A stretch of 64,000 bases of DNA from Callorhinchus milii (lineage: Eukaryota). The stretch spans positions 41,604,001 to 41,668,000 of the forward strand of contig NW_024704743.1 in the NCBI RefSeq assembly GCF_018977255.1. The letters run 5' to 3'. Each line of letters starts with the position of its first letter. Position 1 is the stretch's first letter. Below, piece by piece: positions 39,961 through 53,390 of this stretch. A model generated the notes under the pieces. It was not told the DNA's origin, searched no databases, and saw only the letters and a list, made by a program, of their open reading frames with translations. Made by a program: the position numbers and the translations under genes.

Positions 39961-40329
39961 CCCTCACTTTTTTGCTTTTTTTACTCCTTCCTCAGTGAAC
40001 TTCAAAACATACATTCTGTTGAAAATGTCAGAGTATATTCTTGTTGTGGGCACCTCAATCTGAGATGTGTCGTTCTAAGATGTATGTTTCACATAGCATG
40101 ATTTGGTAGGAGGATTTTTTAAATAGAAGCTCATATATTTTATATAAATATAAAATCAATTCACTTTACAGTATATTCTGTGAAGCGCTTTGAGACATCT
40201 CGAAGATGTGATTAAGCGCTGTATCAAATGCAAGGATTATGATTATATTCTTATGATTAAGATGACTGTTTAATTGTAATGAAAGCACTGTACAGTTTTG
40301 CATTTAATGTCCTTTGATATTACCTGCAG

Positions 40330-40490
40330 ATTGTTAGGCCAAGTAGGGAAGATCTTCGAACGGCTGTATTTATTGTTAATAGCAATACCCGATCCTTGTT
40401 TGAGAATTGTTACTCATTGTTTACCAGATTATCTCAGTATGATGATTTTGCTGCAAGATTGGATTCCTTAGCAAAGTATCTGATCTACAT
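40330..40490 (+). CDS. Candidate coding exon (phase 0 to 2), peptide IVRPSREDLRTAVFIVNSNTRSLFENCYSLFTRLSQYDDFAARLDSLAKYLIY
   Basis: Acceptor cctttgatattacctgcag, donor CAT|gtgagg, 53 open codons, retained CpGs. Confidence 0.3.
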
Positions 40491-40504
40491 GTGAGGCAGT
40501 GCCA

Positions 40505-40918
40505 GGCTGGCTCCATAAGTAGCACTCTCTTCTCAAATCTGAGTCAGAAGATTGTGGATTCAAGCCCCACATCAACATTTTGAACTCACAATCTAGGACA
40601 ACGTAACTTTGCAGTACTGGAGACGTGTTGCATTTTTTAGGGTGCTGTCTTGCAGATGAGATATTAAAGCAAGGTAATGGAAGTTAAAGATCGCATGGCA
40701 CTGTTCGAAAAGAGAATAAAGTGTCTCTCTGTGTCAACAGTCAACAATCCCCAGATAATATTGGCCTTGGCTGTTTGTAAGAAATTATTTTGAGTAAATT
40801 GCTCTGTTTGCCTACAAAAAACACAATTAGTACACTTAACAATATATCCTGTGAAGTATTTTGTGACAATCTCCCAATGCGATGAAATGTGAAATGTGAA
40901 ATGCAAGTATCATCATTA
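40505..40918 (+). mobile_element. Older Deu/SacSINE1-like SINE
   Basis: tctgagtcagaagattgtggattcaagccccac head, gctgtcttgcagatgagatattaa body, tail aaatgcaagtatcatcatt. Confidence 0.7.
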
Positions 40919-41506
40919 CTATAATTCCCTCAACTATCACTGGTTTGATGTTTTGTCAGTGGTATAGTGTATCTTTCCGAGGAATACAACTGTTAATGGA
41001 AATGCCACAACCACTAATAATTGGCTATATTAAAGGAGGATCATTTTTTCCATTTAACACAACACGTGTTAATCCAAATTCCAGTTTCCTCCCTTATTAT
41101 GCAATTTACACTCTTACAGCAGCTTTCACATTGGAAAGGAATCCCAAAGTGTCTGACAATTCTAGCTGGGCAGCTTAGCTGGGGGTAGTAGCTGAATGTG
41201 AGGGGGATGGGGAATGAGAATGATGACAAAAAGGGTGGTGAAAGAGGTTTATTTTTAGTTATACTTTGAAAGAGAGGAATTCAGGAGTGAGTTGGAAAGA
41301 CTTAGAAATAGAGTTCTGGAGAGTGGGTGCTATAGAATACGCCAGTGTTGGCCGGGTGAAGGGGACAGCCAGGTTGGTGTACATTATTGTAAGCAATTAA
41401 TAATTTCACAAGATCTAAACTATAATCTTCATTATCTTCAACAAAGTTACACCCCAATTCTCCACCCAACCCTACTTCACAGATCCCTGTTTAAGATTAG
41501 TTTGAG

Positions 41507-41981
41507 CCTTGAGAAGGTGCAGAGGAGATTTACCAGAATGGTACCAGGGATGAGGGACTATAGTTATGTGGAGAGACTAGAGGAGCGGGGATTGTTCTCC
41601 TTAGAGCAGAGAAGGTTAAGGGGAGATTTAATAGAGGTGTTCATAATTATGAGGGGTTCTGATAGAGCAGATAGGAAAAACTGTTTCCAGGAGACATAGA
41701 TTCAAAATAATTGGCAAAGAATGAGAGGGGAAATGAGGAGAATTTTTTTTACACAGAGGGTTGTTATGGTCCGGAATGCATTATCTGAAAGGGTAGTGAA
41801 AACAGATTCAATAGCAACTTTCAAAAGGGAATTAGATAGATACTTGAAGAGGAAACATTTGCAAGGATATGGGGAAAGAGCAGGATAGTGTAATTGATTG
41901 GGTAACTCTTTTAAAGAGCCAGCACAGGCATAATGGGCCAAATGGCCTCCTTTTGTGCTGTAATATTCTATGATTCTATGA
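41507..41981 (+). mobile_element. CR1 LINE 3' end (ORF2 C-terminus plus UTR)
   Basis: LEKVQRRFTRMVPGMRDYSYVERLEERGLFSLEQRRLRGDLIEVF is the characteristic CR1 ORF2 end; terminates in ttctatgattctatga. Confidence 0.95.
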
Positions 41982-44900
41982 TACTTTGCATTTTGTTTTG
42001 CAATCTCCCCAACCTAATTTATTTTAAAGTATGAATTGGAAGGGCTAAAATAGAATTCGCATTTGGCAGAAATATCAATCAACAGATAGGAAGCCGTAAT
42101 GTTTGCCTTCAAGCAAATACATCATACAACCAATTTCAGTAAGCCTTCTGTTTACACCAATAAAGTGAAAGTCCATAACAAAATGCAATGAAGCACAATG
42201 AAGCACGATGAATGTTATTTGAATGTGTAAATATCACCTTGTCTCCAAACTGTTTCTATTATGGAACGCATTTCCATGATTCTTCTAGGTTAGAAATTAA
42301 ACTAGCAATGAAGCAATGTCTGCCATATTGCCTTTATTTTAACCCAGTGAAGTTTATTTTTTCGGGCCTTTGTATATGATCACCCGTCTTTCATTTCTAC
42401 ATGTTAAACTAGATTAAACAATTAAACAAAGTGTATTTTACAGCTCCTTCTCCTACTGTGATATCTCAAAGCATTTCACACAATCAAGTGAAATCCACAT
42501 TCATTGGTTGTTTCTCGTTCACTCAATTCAGCAACAATTAATCCCAGAAGATTAAAAACACCAGAAACCTGAAATTCTTAAAGTCTTATCTTTTAAGGCT
42601 GGTTGATGGCTATCAGCAGGAAAATATAATCCTTGCATTTGATATAGTGACTTATCACGTCTTTGAGACATCTCAAAGCACTTCACGGAATATATTGTAA
42701 AGTGGATTGACTATATTTTGTGGACAAAACACAAAATGTTATACTTACAGATAAATGGGCACAGTTTTGACATAAATGTTGTGTCCTCTATGAATGCTTG
42801 CAACATCTCAGTTTAATAAGTGGTGACCTTCACTACCACTGTCTGCACAGTTCACATGGCACAGTAATCGTGTAGAGGCTTTGTGAACAATATGACACAT
42901 TCCATTCAGACAACTCAAAGTTTTCCCAGTGGTTTGCTAATCCCCGACTGTTTAACACCTTGGGACATCCTCCCGACGTGAAAGGTGCTTTACAAATGTA
43001 ATTTTGTTGTTGTTGTTTTCATACTCCATTGCTCAATCTGACAGAAATCGGTGAAACATGTGATGTGCTAATTATTATTTTACATAACTTCAGTCTGCAA
43101 GGTGTGGGGATGGATTAAAATTCTGGAGATCTTATTTAATTTTTAAAAAAGTTTTAGTGAGTCTCAGGGAATTGTTTCCACCAAGAGATGATAACTGGAT
43201 TATGTCCAAGATGGGGTTTGCGTTGCTCAGTTAAAGTTAAATATAAAGAAGTTTGGATTGAGAATGGTGGGCAGCAAAACACGGTTGCACAAAGAAATAG
43301 GCTGGTGGAATAAGTTACCAGAGAAGGCCACTGAAGTGATGGGTTCAAGAGGCAACTGTGCAATGTAAACCATTGGGGATAATATCATGCACTGTCTGTA
43401 TTATGTAAGTGGATTTGTTGTATGTACTGGAATTTGCATGCTTCAGGCACTCTATAAATCTTACAAGACAACTTGCGAATCAGACACAAATTACAGGGCT
43501 TCTTTTGGAGGTAAATGTGACAATACTGCTCTGTATGATAATATATTACTTGCAAAATGTCCTAGACCTTTTCTAATCCCTTGCAAATTTCACATTGGCC
43601 TAAATTACTTCCTCGAAATATCCAAGGACTTTGGGTTTGCTCTTACACAACCATTTCCATTTCCATGGAATGTCTTTTGTGGTAAAATGTGGTTTCTTTG
43701 CCCCCGCCACCACTCATGTTGCATATGGCAGTTTGTAAGTATCTTGATCAATCTTGATAAATTAAACATTTGCCACTTATTGAAATATTCCCCATTGGTA
43801 TAAATATAGACAGAGAAAAATTGTGTAAATCGCTTTTAGATTTTAGTTCTGTTGACATTGCAAACAGTCTGGTTTATGTTAACGTAAAATAAATGTGATC
43901 CCCTGGATTCATATTGCCCACTCTGAGTCAGTTCATGCACCAGAAGGCATTAAATTAAATTACCTTCCTGAAATATGTATAGTGGGTCAAAGACATGGTC
44001 CTATATATAGATAGGCATATTAATAGAAGAAAAAAGCCCTAAAATTTCCAGGCTACAGGTCACTCCTTTAGCATTTCCCAGGCTGGGTGTGTAATTCCCT
44101 TACACAGCTTCCTGTCGAGACCTTCAAGTGTCCTCCAGCATGGTACATAGCAAAGAAGCAGATAACTTAAAGAGAGCCTGCCTCTGACCCATACAACTGG
44201 AACAGAAGTAAGAACGGTTCTCAATTGAAGGAAAAGAGCAAGGACATGCCTATAACCCCATCAGCCAGTGTATCCCATACTTACTTCATGTCGCTGTATG
44301 GTTACTTACAAGCACCATTTCTTCTCCGAGGCTTAAACAAAATACAATGTGATATTTTAAAATACAGTAGTTTTAATTGAAAGAAAAAAATAACATGTTT
44401 TAGAATTATGGATCTAAAGGTAATACCCTCATTGTAAACCACTTTCTTAAACACAAGTTTTAAAGCATAAATACATTGTTTTGTGAATGTTTTTATCCAT
44501 GCCAAGGATACTATAAATTAGTCATTGATAATTTTTTGTTAAGTTAATGTTTTAGACACTTGTCAACACAAAGAATAATTGGGCAGTAAAATAATACAAA
44601 ACAATACTTCAGAATTCACTAAAATATAAATAAAAGTGAAAATGGAAATTCACTCTGTCAATATTGGAATGCATAACAATAAATGTTTTACATTAATATT
44701 TCATGTTATGGGATTATTATAGATCTCAAACTGAAATACAGTTGTTATAAACAAAATGAGTAGATTTGTTTTCAATCTGAATCGCAATTTGTAAAGTTTG
44801 CATATTAAATATGGTTGAATATGATACTATTCAATATAATATCTAATGTAATAATGTAGATTTTATTTAGGATGGTATTTGTAGTTAAGATGTTGCTTTA

Positions 44901-45191
44901 AATTGTACACATGCACATGAGAACATTTGAATAGGTCTTTTCGTGCGTAATGTATGCTTGCAAAAGCGTGAAACTTTTTTTTTAATTCCTAGTGTATATA
45001 GTCTTTCGTATTCAGAAATGACTTTTGCTGAAAAATGTTAAGTTGTTGTGATTTTACTGGTGATTCAAAAGACAGATCCTTCAGCATCTTCTACACTCCT
45101 AGGGATGTGGATCAGGATCAATAAGATGCTGTTGTTGCCATTTCTCCTCCTTTCTCTTATCTCTCTCGGTGTCTTGATGTTGGTTCTTAAG

Positions 45192-45520
45192 TGGAGTCCT
45201 GTAGCTCAATGGTTAGAGCACTCACTTTGCAAGCGCGAGACCTGAGTTCAGTCCCAGGCACAGGGCGAAACCTTGGGCAAGTTTCCTTACTCCACACACA
45301 GCCTAATAATAATCCCTCCAAAACCAAAAACAATAATAAATTGGTCATTTTCAATCTACGACTGTTTATGGGACATTGCTGTGCGCAATTGGCTGTCGCA
45401 TTCGCCCACAAATATACAGTCAATTCACTTTACAGTGTGTTCTATGAAGCGCTTTGGGACGTCCTCCCGACGTGAAAAGCGCTATATCAAATGCAAGGAT
45501 TATTAGGATTATTATTATTA
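45192..45520 (+). mobile_element. Full-length young Deu SINE (CTCCC-loop tail)
   Basis: tRNA-Ala-like head (ctttgcaag anticodon loop), Deu core, L2 tail, (att)n; possible TSD ttaag. Confidence 0.93.
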
Positions 45521-46539
45521 AGATTTCGGACACTTTAGCGTATTAATTCATGTTGAGTTGTGTGGACATTTGCTGGTTATTCTGAGGTAATGTTGCTGAT
45601 ATTACATAACGGTATGTGTTACTTCATGTTGTAATTCTATCACTTCTGATTCACATCTTGTTTTCTTTCTCATAGTTGTAGCTCACAGTACAAGACCTTT
45701 TTTGATATCCAAAATCCTGAAATGGTTTAAAACTAAGCTTGTGCAATATTTAAAATTTGTCCAAAATTCTGCACAATCTGAAATACTAAGGCTATAATAA
45801 CTTTAAGACTAAGGGAAGTTTTGTGACTCGGATGCTTTCTACTCTGACAAAATACCCAATACCTTGGGACGTCCTCCTGACGTGACAAGTATTATGTAAA
45901 TGCAATGTGTTGTATTTGGCAGTTATTTCCTGGACAGAGTAATGCCAAAAGACAACAGATGTTCCCCAGATCGGGTCTGAATAAATAAGGATCTTTATTG
46001 ATTTGACACCAGCAAAAGGCATTCAGATAAGCAACTTTTTTTCCCTTAAATTAGTTCTTGTTTAGTATTAATCCCCACTCATGGGCAAGATCTGACTAAA
46101 TGTTGGGAGAAATCTACAGAGGCAATATTAACATATGTGTAAGTGTCCAAGATGCTTCCCATGTGAGGGCTATATAAATGGAAGTTGTTGTTGTGCAAAA
46201 GTGGAACAAGGATTAACTTTTTTGTCTGTTTTTTGCTAAACAGGTGAACCTTACAACAGATGGACTGGACTGGACACAGTGCCGCAGTCAAGTCATATAT
46301 TAATGCTTGATGCTTAGTTTGCAAAATTGATTGAAGGTAGAGCAGATTAGGTGAGATTTACTTCCGTTGATGTTTGTTTGAGAAGAATATAGTTAAATGA
46401 GCATCAATAGCATGTGCCTTTCTCTAAACACTTTCTTACAGGATCAAAGTCCCTATGTTGTTTTCATGGTGAGCCTCAATGCAGTTGATCCAGTTTTTCA
46501 GTCATCAATTAAAATGTGCCATTTAGACCAGGAAAATCA

Positions 46540-46740
46540 CCATGTTTGTGCTTTGTAAACTGATCCCAGCAGGGGCAGCAAATGTTTGACTACAATTTTC
46601 TCAGTATCTGGGATTACGGGGAAATCTGACAGATCCCATTATAGATTATTATCTAGTGAAGTGCTGTTTGTGTCTGTGGGTGTTGGATGAGAACAGGGAC
46701 AGCCTTGGCTAAGACTATTAGGTTTGCTAATGAGAATAGC
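46540..46740 (+). mobile_element. Ancient LF-SINE-like relic
   Basis: ctgatcccagcaggggcagca...ctacaatt...gggtgttggatgagaacagg similar to 6120-6340 and the recalled LF-SINE body. Confidence 0.35.
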
Positions 46741-48030
46741 ATTGGGTGTGATAAGTGTTAAATGTACCATTAAATTGACACCCAAATTCAAACCTATTTG
46801 TTTTTTTAGATGACTGCTGCAAGGAAAGGCATCAGGAATCTTTAGTTATCTTCACAAATTAAGAGATAGGGGCGCAGGCTCTTCAAAGACCCTCTGTTTT
46901 TCCTTGATGTAGAAGAAATAATTTGTATCCAGTGACTTGCTTCTTGCAGGCGTACCAACAAAATACACAATCACTACACTTTAGAGTGAAATGCTGTGGA
47001 GCACTTTGATATGTCATCCGGACCTGAAAAGCATTGTATCAAATACAATGATTATTATTTATTATTTTATTTATTATTTGTTAGTAACCATTTGCTGAAA
47101 AGCATCTTAGTTTGTTCTATGAACAAATCCTGTAACCAATCTTGTATTTCAGAAAAGCTACTCTCTGAAGTAGAAATGAAGACAATGGATCATCTGAAGG
47201 AGAAAACAAATATGTTAATACTTTAGAGATGACAATTCATCTGAATTCATCAAAACTTTCACCTATCACACTCAGAAACTGATTAACCAGGTTCTGATTT
47301 GGAGCATTTTGATTTATTTTGTTAAAATAGTTCGTCATAAAGTGCTACCAGAAACAATGTCACTCTCCTTGAGAGTAGATACATTTGTGGGTAGTAGATA
47401 TTGTGCTTCTACTAGAGGCTCAATCCAACATTTAAAAGTTTAATGAATGATTTAAAATGTTGTACCATCAAATTAATTGACATCACAAATCTGGCTAGCA
47501 GTGAGTTTTTAATGTTCTTGTGTTTATGTGCGAGTCAAAGCAATGTGAGTGTGAAAAAATATTTTTCCTCCCATTCCCTCAAACCTTCTTCAAAGTGTTT
47601 AGCTTCCATTTGTCAATAAACATATCAACCTTTGTCTGTATGTGTTTATAATTGGAAATTCCATCATAAGCAGACAGAGGAAGAATGAATGCTTTCCTAT
47701 CTTTGCGCAGTCTCAAACCATGAAATGTTATCATGGACCATATTAAATTCAATTGATGTCAACAACTCTCCATTGCTTCGCTTGTGCGTTGGTGGAGAAA
47801 TTTGCACTGTGAAAACTAAGTACAAGCATAAACAAGAGCAAAGTGATATGGATGGAATAGTTTACTGCCCATAGGTGGTTTCCCATTAAAATAATTTCTT
47901 CTGTACAAATGATTGAACAGAATATTTTCTTCAGAAGGTGTTTCCATTATGCCTTGAGAAGCAAAGTGAATATAATGAAATACAGATTCTAACAGGATAT
48001 TAACAGAGCCTTTCAGCCTCCTGCAGTGCT

Positions 48031-48405
48031 AGAATCATAGTATATTACAGCTCAGGAGACCATTCGGCCCATCATGCCTGTCCTGGCTCTTTGGAAGAGC
48101 TACACAAACAGACCCACTCCTCCGCTCATTCCTCATATCTTTGCAATTTTTTTCCTTTTCAATTACCTATCCAATTCCCTTTTGAAAGTTGTTATTGAAT
48201 CTGATTCTATCACCCTTTCAGGTATTGCATTCTGGACCATAACAATTCTCTGTGTAAAAAAAATTTCTCCTCATCTCCCTTCTGGTTCTTTTGCCAGTTA
48301 TTTTGAATCTATGGACCCTGGTTACCGATCCACCTGCCAGTGAAAGCAGTCTCTCCCTATCTGCTCTATCAGAAGCCCTCATAATTGTAAACAACTCTAA
48401 TAAAT
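48031..48405 (-). mobile_element. CR1 LINE 3' end
   Basis: Close to the reverse complement of 41620-41980 (agaatcatag...ccaattcccttttgaaagttgttattgaatctg). Confidence 0.9.
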
Positions 48406-49890
48406 CTAAATGCTAAATTAGCATATTTGTTCATATAGATTTTCAGCATAGATTTTGTTTAATGATACCTAAAGGAACCAATTGTTTCCTGAATGAAACG
48501 GCTTTCCTGGAGACAAATAGCTCCATTTAGATGAGCTTCAGTATCATGCTGGGATATAAAATAACTACTTAATCTCCATGGCTTAGAAACAGAGGCTGGG
48601 TTCACAATTAAATGGATTTACTGATCATGTAATTAAAGTTCATACTTACTGAGATATAATTAGCACAGCACATGTGGGAAAATAATCTCCTCAGCATGGC
48701 CTCATTTCTTGAGGAAGGGAAAATCTATTTTCTCAGCTTTGTACAGATGAAGCCAGTTAATTTGGATAACCTAATCGGAATGATATCCTCTCCGTTTTGT
48801 CAAATCCTCCCCATTAAATAAAAGTCAATATTGGTGCCTGAGAAAATATCACCTATAATAACCATGTTAATGAACATCAACTCCACTGACTGTTGTGTTA
48901 ATTGCAAGAAATAATGCAGTACTAGCACAGCCATTAGCACTTCTATGTCACTTAATTAAGATGCAGTGCTTTAATATCTTGGTGTACTCACAGATTCATT
49001 ATACCAATAAATGTTCTTGCAAATATCAGATGAGCATAGAATATGATATCTCCACCAGCATGTAAATCTTCTTTCTCACTTTAAAGAGCTAACAATAATA
49101 ATCATTGCATTTCATAAAGAGCCTTTCACGTGAAGAGGACGTCTCAAAGGACTTCACGTGATCCATTGTAGGAGAACTTGGTAGCCAATTTGTGCACAGA
49201 AGGTAATTAACAAGTGGAGCAGGTTGCCAGGAAAGGGGTTGAGGCCAGACACTGGGGAGACAGTAGGGTGGGTGTCATGGAAGGATGAGATCAGAAAGGC
49301 CTTGTTCATCCAAACTGATCTGATGATCTTGTGATCTACCATTCTGAACTCTAGACTCACTTGGTGTTTCTCAACCATTGCCCTCAGTTCTATAATCAAA
49401 AATCATGTTAAATAGCATGTTTATGTTACTCTTGTCATTCCATAGCTTTAAATGCTGGTTCATGTTCACTTTGAATCATTTGTCTCCAACAGAATCTCTG
49501 GACTCTTGATAACTGAAAGTATTAATTTGCAGAATTATTCTTATTGCTCCGTTCTTCAGTCAATCGATATCATTCAGAAGTTAGGGCCCCTAAAATAGAA
49601 AACAACATTTCAAAGTGATCTTACCAATGGATGATTAAATATTAGAGAGTTCTAAAAGTTTTTTTTTAAGTTTAGAAAATAACATTCTTGAGATGCAAAC
49701 AATCTCTGTATAGTCCTTTTAATGTGAACTTGATATTAGTTTAATATCTTCAGAGGATGGTCAAGATTAGTATTTTGCCTTTTTGATTCTTTTCCTTCTT
49801 TGGCAATGCATTATTTATACAATTCTTAGCTCATGTTTAACATAAAGTAGAGTACTTTGCATTTTACCAAGTAAAACCCAGCTGCTCAGT

Positions 49891-49892
<2 letters not shown>

Positions 49893-49923
<31 letters not shown>

Positions 49924-49926
49924 GGG
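49893..49926. repeat. (GT)n followed by poly-G
   Basis: Read directly. Confidence 0.9.
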
Positions 49927-49983
49927 AATTGGGGAAGGGGGAAGAATAATTTCACAAATTATCATATCAACTAACATAAATTG

Positions 49984-50313
49984 ATAATAATAATAATAAA
50001 AATCCTTGCATTTGATATAGCGCTTTTCACGTCGGGAGGACGTCCCAAAGCGCTTCACAGAACACACTGTAAAGTGAATTGACTGTATATTTGTGGGCGA
50101 ACGCGGCAGCCAATTGCGCACAGCAATGTCCCACAAACAGTCGTAGATTGAAAATGACCAATTTAATTATTGTTTTTTTNAGTTTTGGAGGGATTATTAT
50201 TAGGCTCTGTGTGGAGTAAGGAAACTTGCCCAAGGTTTCGCCCTGCCTGGAATTGAACTCAGGTCTTTCACTTGCAAAGCGAGTGCTCTAACCACTGAGC
50301 TACAGGACTCCAC
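49984..50313 (-). mobile_element. Full-length, very young Deu SINE (CTCCC-loop tail)
   Basis: Most CpGs intact; contains the single n at 50180; followed by (gattact)n. Confidence 0.93.
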
Positions 50314-52289
50314 GATGATTACTGATTACTGATGATTACTGGCTGGCTACATTTTATAACCTGTTACTCTTTACCCCAATTCTTTGGATGCATTTGAATT
50401 CAATAGGGTTTTAGCTCAAAATAAACAACTAAAATCCAATCTACGTTAGTCTTCTGGCCGTGTAAGTTGGCATCACCAACAAATGTTATCTTTATACCAT
50501 GAGGGAAGTGTGCAACAGTTATGGGCCCAGGCTAGACTCCTACTACAGAATTTTGTGCTCTGCAACTCAGAGACAGAGCCAAGGCTTTTTATTATATTTA
50601 TCATACCTGTTTTCTGTTGACAAGCCAATCTGATTTGCTTTCTATTGTTAATTTAATCCAGCTAGTCAATTTTGCATGCACCCCTATCTTCTTTAAACTA
50701 CCATAGTGTGGAATTTCATCACATTCTTTATGAAAAAGTACTTTATTCTGTTATTATTATTCATAGATGGCTTGGGGGTGTATTTGTTAAAATGATACAG
50801 ATGCTGATAATATCAAGATATGTGGGCAGTAAGTAATGTAAGGGGGAGGGGATGTACCATACAATATTAGATGAGCCAAGAATTAGCAAATTTTATCTAG
50901 ATAAATGCAAGGACATCTCATGTTTTAACGAGAAACAGTAAATATGCATAAACATGAAGGATAGTGGTGAGGGTAAGGAAATGTGGAGGGAAAGAGGACA
51001 TATTTGAATAATTTAGATGTGGAAATTGATGAACTTGTAGCAGGGTATAATTGATTACAGTATCATTAGCCTATTAGGGAAAATTTATTAAAATAATTGC
51101 CACTTAGATTTAAATAGTGAATGGGGTGAAATATGTGACAGGTACATTTTGTGCGATTTATTCAGGAGCAAACTCGATAATAAAATAATAATAAGCCTTG
51201 GATTTGATATAGCATCTTTCATGTCAAGAGGATGTTTCAAAATGCTTCACTGGATATATTGTGAAGTGTCATGTGTGTGTATTTTGGAAGTGAACGTGAA
51301 TGTCAATTTGTTTACAGCATGAAGTAAATGGTCAACTTTATAAGCAGGGATTGTAGGCCAGGAAACCAGGAGGAACTCCCTTCTCTTTTTGGCGAATAAA
51401 CAACTGTATTTTTCTAGTCGTTTTCTCACTTTTAAAACCAAGCATGTTATTTGTTTAGCTGTACAGTTAGCTTCTTAAAGATTTCCAATAAATTGAAGAA
51501 ACCAAACCTAACGCCATGCTGACTAACTTTTATGCTCTTGGGATAAATATTGATGGTATCTTGCAAGAAGGTATTCAGCATTTTCCCTTGCACCAATACG
51601 TAATTCCTTGTTTTGGGTCTCAATTTAATTTCAGTGCAGAAATGACATTTAGTGCTCTGCAGTCCTAGGATGCATCTCTATATGGTGTTCATAAAATATT
51701 AACTAAGATCAAAACTATCTCCTTGCAACAAGAGCAAAATCTACATTGCTGTCTTTTTCCTGTGCTATGAAGGGCTCCTTACATTAACATCAGCTGGAAA
51801 AATAAATCGAGACCCTTTAACTGATCAGAAATTTCACATAGCTCCATTGCTTCTTTGTCTCCCATTCACCCGGCTTATGGTGCTATGGTAATTACTATTT
51901 TTTTTACAGCAGATTAAAAAAAGTTCACCAACATTTTGGCTGACCAAAAACAAAAAAATGTTCTGGGTAGAAAACCATTAACAGCATACAATACAATTTA
52001 CATTTATATACTGAATTTCAATTTGAGAGGATGTCTCAAACTGCTCAAAGTTTTAACCTTACCCATGGCATGCAATTTATTCAATACAGCTAGGGCTGCT
52101 CTTTCCAGATGTTGGGTGATAGAAACCAATACCAAATGACTCCAACTAATGCGTACATGTGATTATAAGGTGAAAACATATCCTCAAATCCACAGGTCAG
52201 CCTGGCTCAGTGGTTACACTCTCACTTCTGAGTCAGAAGGTTGTGGGTCGGGACATTGAATTCACAATCTAGCTGGCACTACAATAGTC

Positions 52290-53390
52290 CCTTTGCATGT
52301 TGACCTGCATTCAGCAACTCGTGCTGAATAAGCCTGGTATGCAGAGTTGGTCTTGTATGTTGAGAACGTCAAGGTGGATGGCACATCACAAGCTATCTTG
52401 TATAGGTCCTCCCACACTGAAGGCTGATGCCCACCAGATAGCTAATGACGAAACACTGAGGCTTGGGGCGACAGCAGCTGGAAGGCACTATCTGGAGTCT
52501 GAGTTTGTGAACACACGTTTGTATATCCATCGTGTGGAATCCGCTTTGAGAGGCAAGTTGCTGCTGCTTGAATTCCACACCTCCAACTGTTGGAACCATC
52601 GTTCAAATAGAAGGGACGTATGCCTGAGCTGCGACAGAAACATGGTGGTAATGCTCTCACGCATTTCATGTTGAGCTGTGTTACCCACCAGGAAGCTCCT
52701 GGTACCTACCATCCACCTAGCGAGGGCTTAAACCCACACTTGTCAGATGTGAAATGGCCAAGTAGTGGGGAGGTAAGCAGGGTTTATTGGAGCTGAACTG
52801 GCTCCAAACTGAAATATTTGGCAATGGACTGTCAGAATCGAGCCAGCCCTCTGTGGCGGCCTCGGTAATTGGTTCCTGAGCCAGGCAGGTCCGCAATATT
52901 CCAGGGTACTGATCATGACAGCACAGCTAGCCTGGCATATCAGCAGGACTTGGAAGGGCAGATCAGTCACTTGGGGCAGGGACTCCTCCTACTCAGCTCC
53001 TGTAAACCATGCAAGCCAAAGCCCTAACGGGTAGGGTGATCCTAGCTAGACAAAGAACAGTAAAGCTTGCCAGATAGTGGTCTGAATGGCAAGCTATGTG
53101 GTTTTAGCTGGTTAGATTCCAGCAGTACCCCAACGCACATTCTGGTGTCCCAAAGCCTTGACTCTTGCCACCCTGCACCTAATATTTTCAGGAATTAGGT
53201 TAGTAAGATGCGTCTCTCTAAGGAGAATTTGTGCATTCCATTCCAAGAATATATCTCTAGAATTTCCATGTATAGGTGGCATGCATGGGATCCTCAGTTT
53301 GGTTTGGATACTCTTAAGAATGGTGATGGGTTTCTGCATGTATCGAACACCTGGCTGACGAAACAAAAACCTACACTTTCTCCCCGGCTT
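52290..53390 (+). repeat. Unclassified interspersed repeat, copy B (~1.1 kb), inserted in an older SINE
   Basis: Homologous to 1996-2830. Host SINE head at 52200-52280 resumes at ~53390 (gatgctgtcctttggatatgatgt). No credible ORF. Confidence 0.75.

Noticed and set aside
43387..43803. 138-aa ORF
   Set aside because: Cys/Phe-rich random composition, no splice or homology support.
1430..44330. Scattered short minus-strand exon-like hits (~1430, 4983, 33851, 44310)
   Set aside because: Strong donors but very short, with no coherent or recognisable joined peptide.
45192..45265. tRNA-Ala-like sequences
   Set aside because: SINE heads; no proper acceptor stem and always attached to the SINE body.
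45187..45506. Recurrent similar short ORFs (MESCSS..., MTVYLW..., MWDIAVRNW...) at several loci resembling a gene family
   Set aside because: Translations of the same SINE.
52297..52712. Overlapping ORFs on both strands
   Set aside because: Inside the unclassified repeat; frames do not appear in the second copy.
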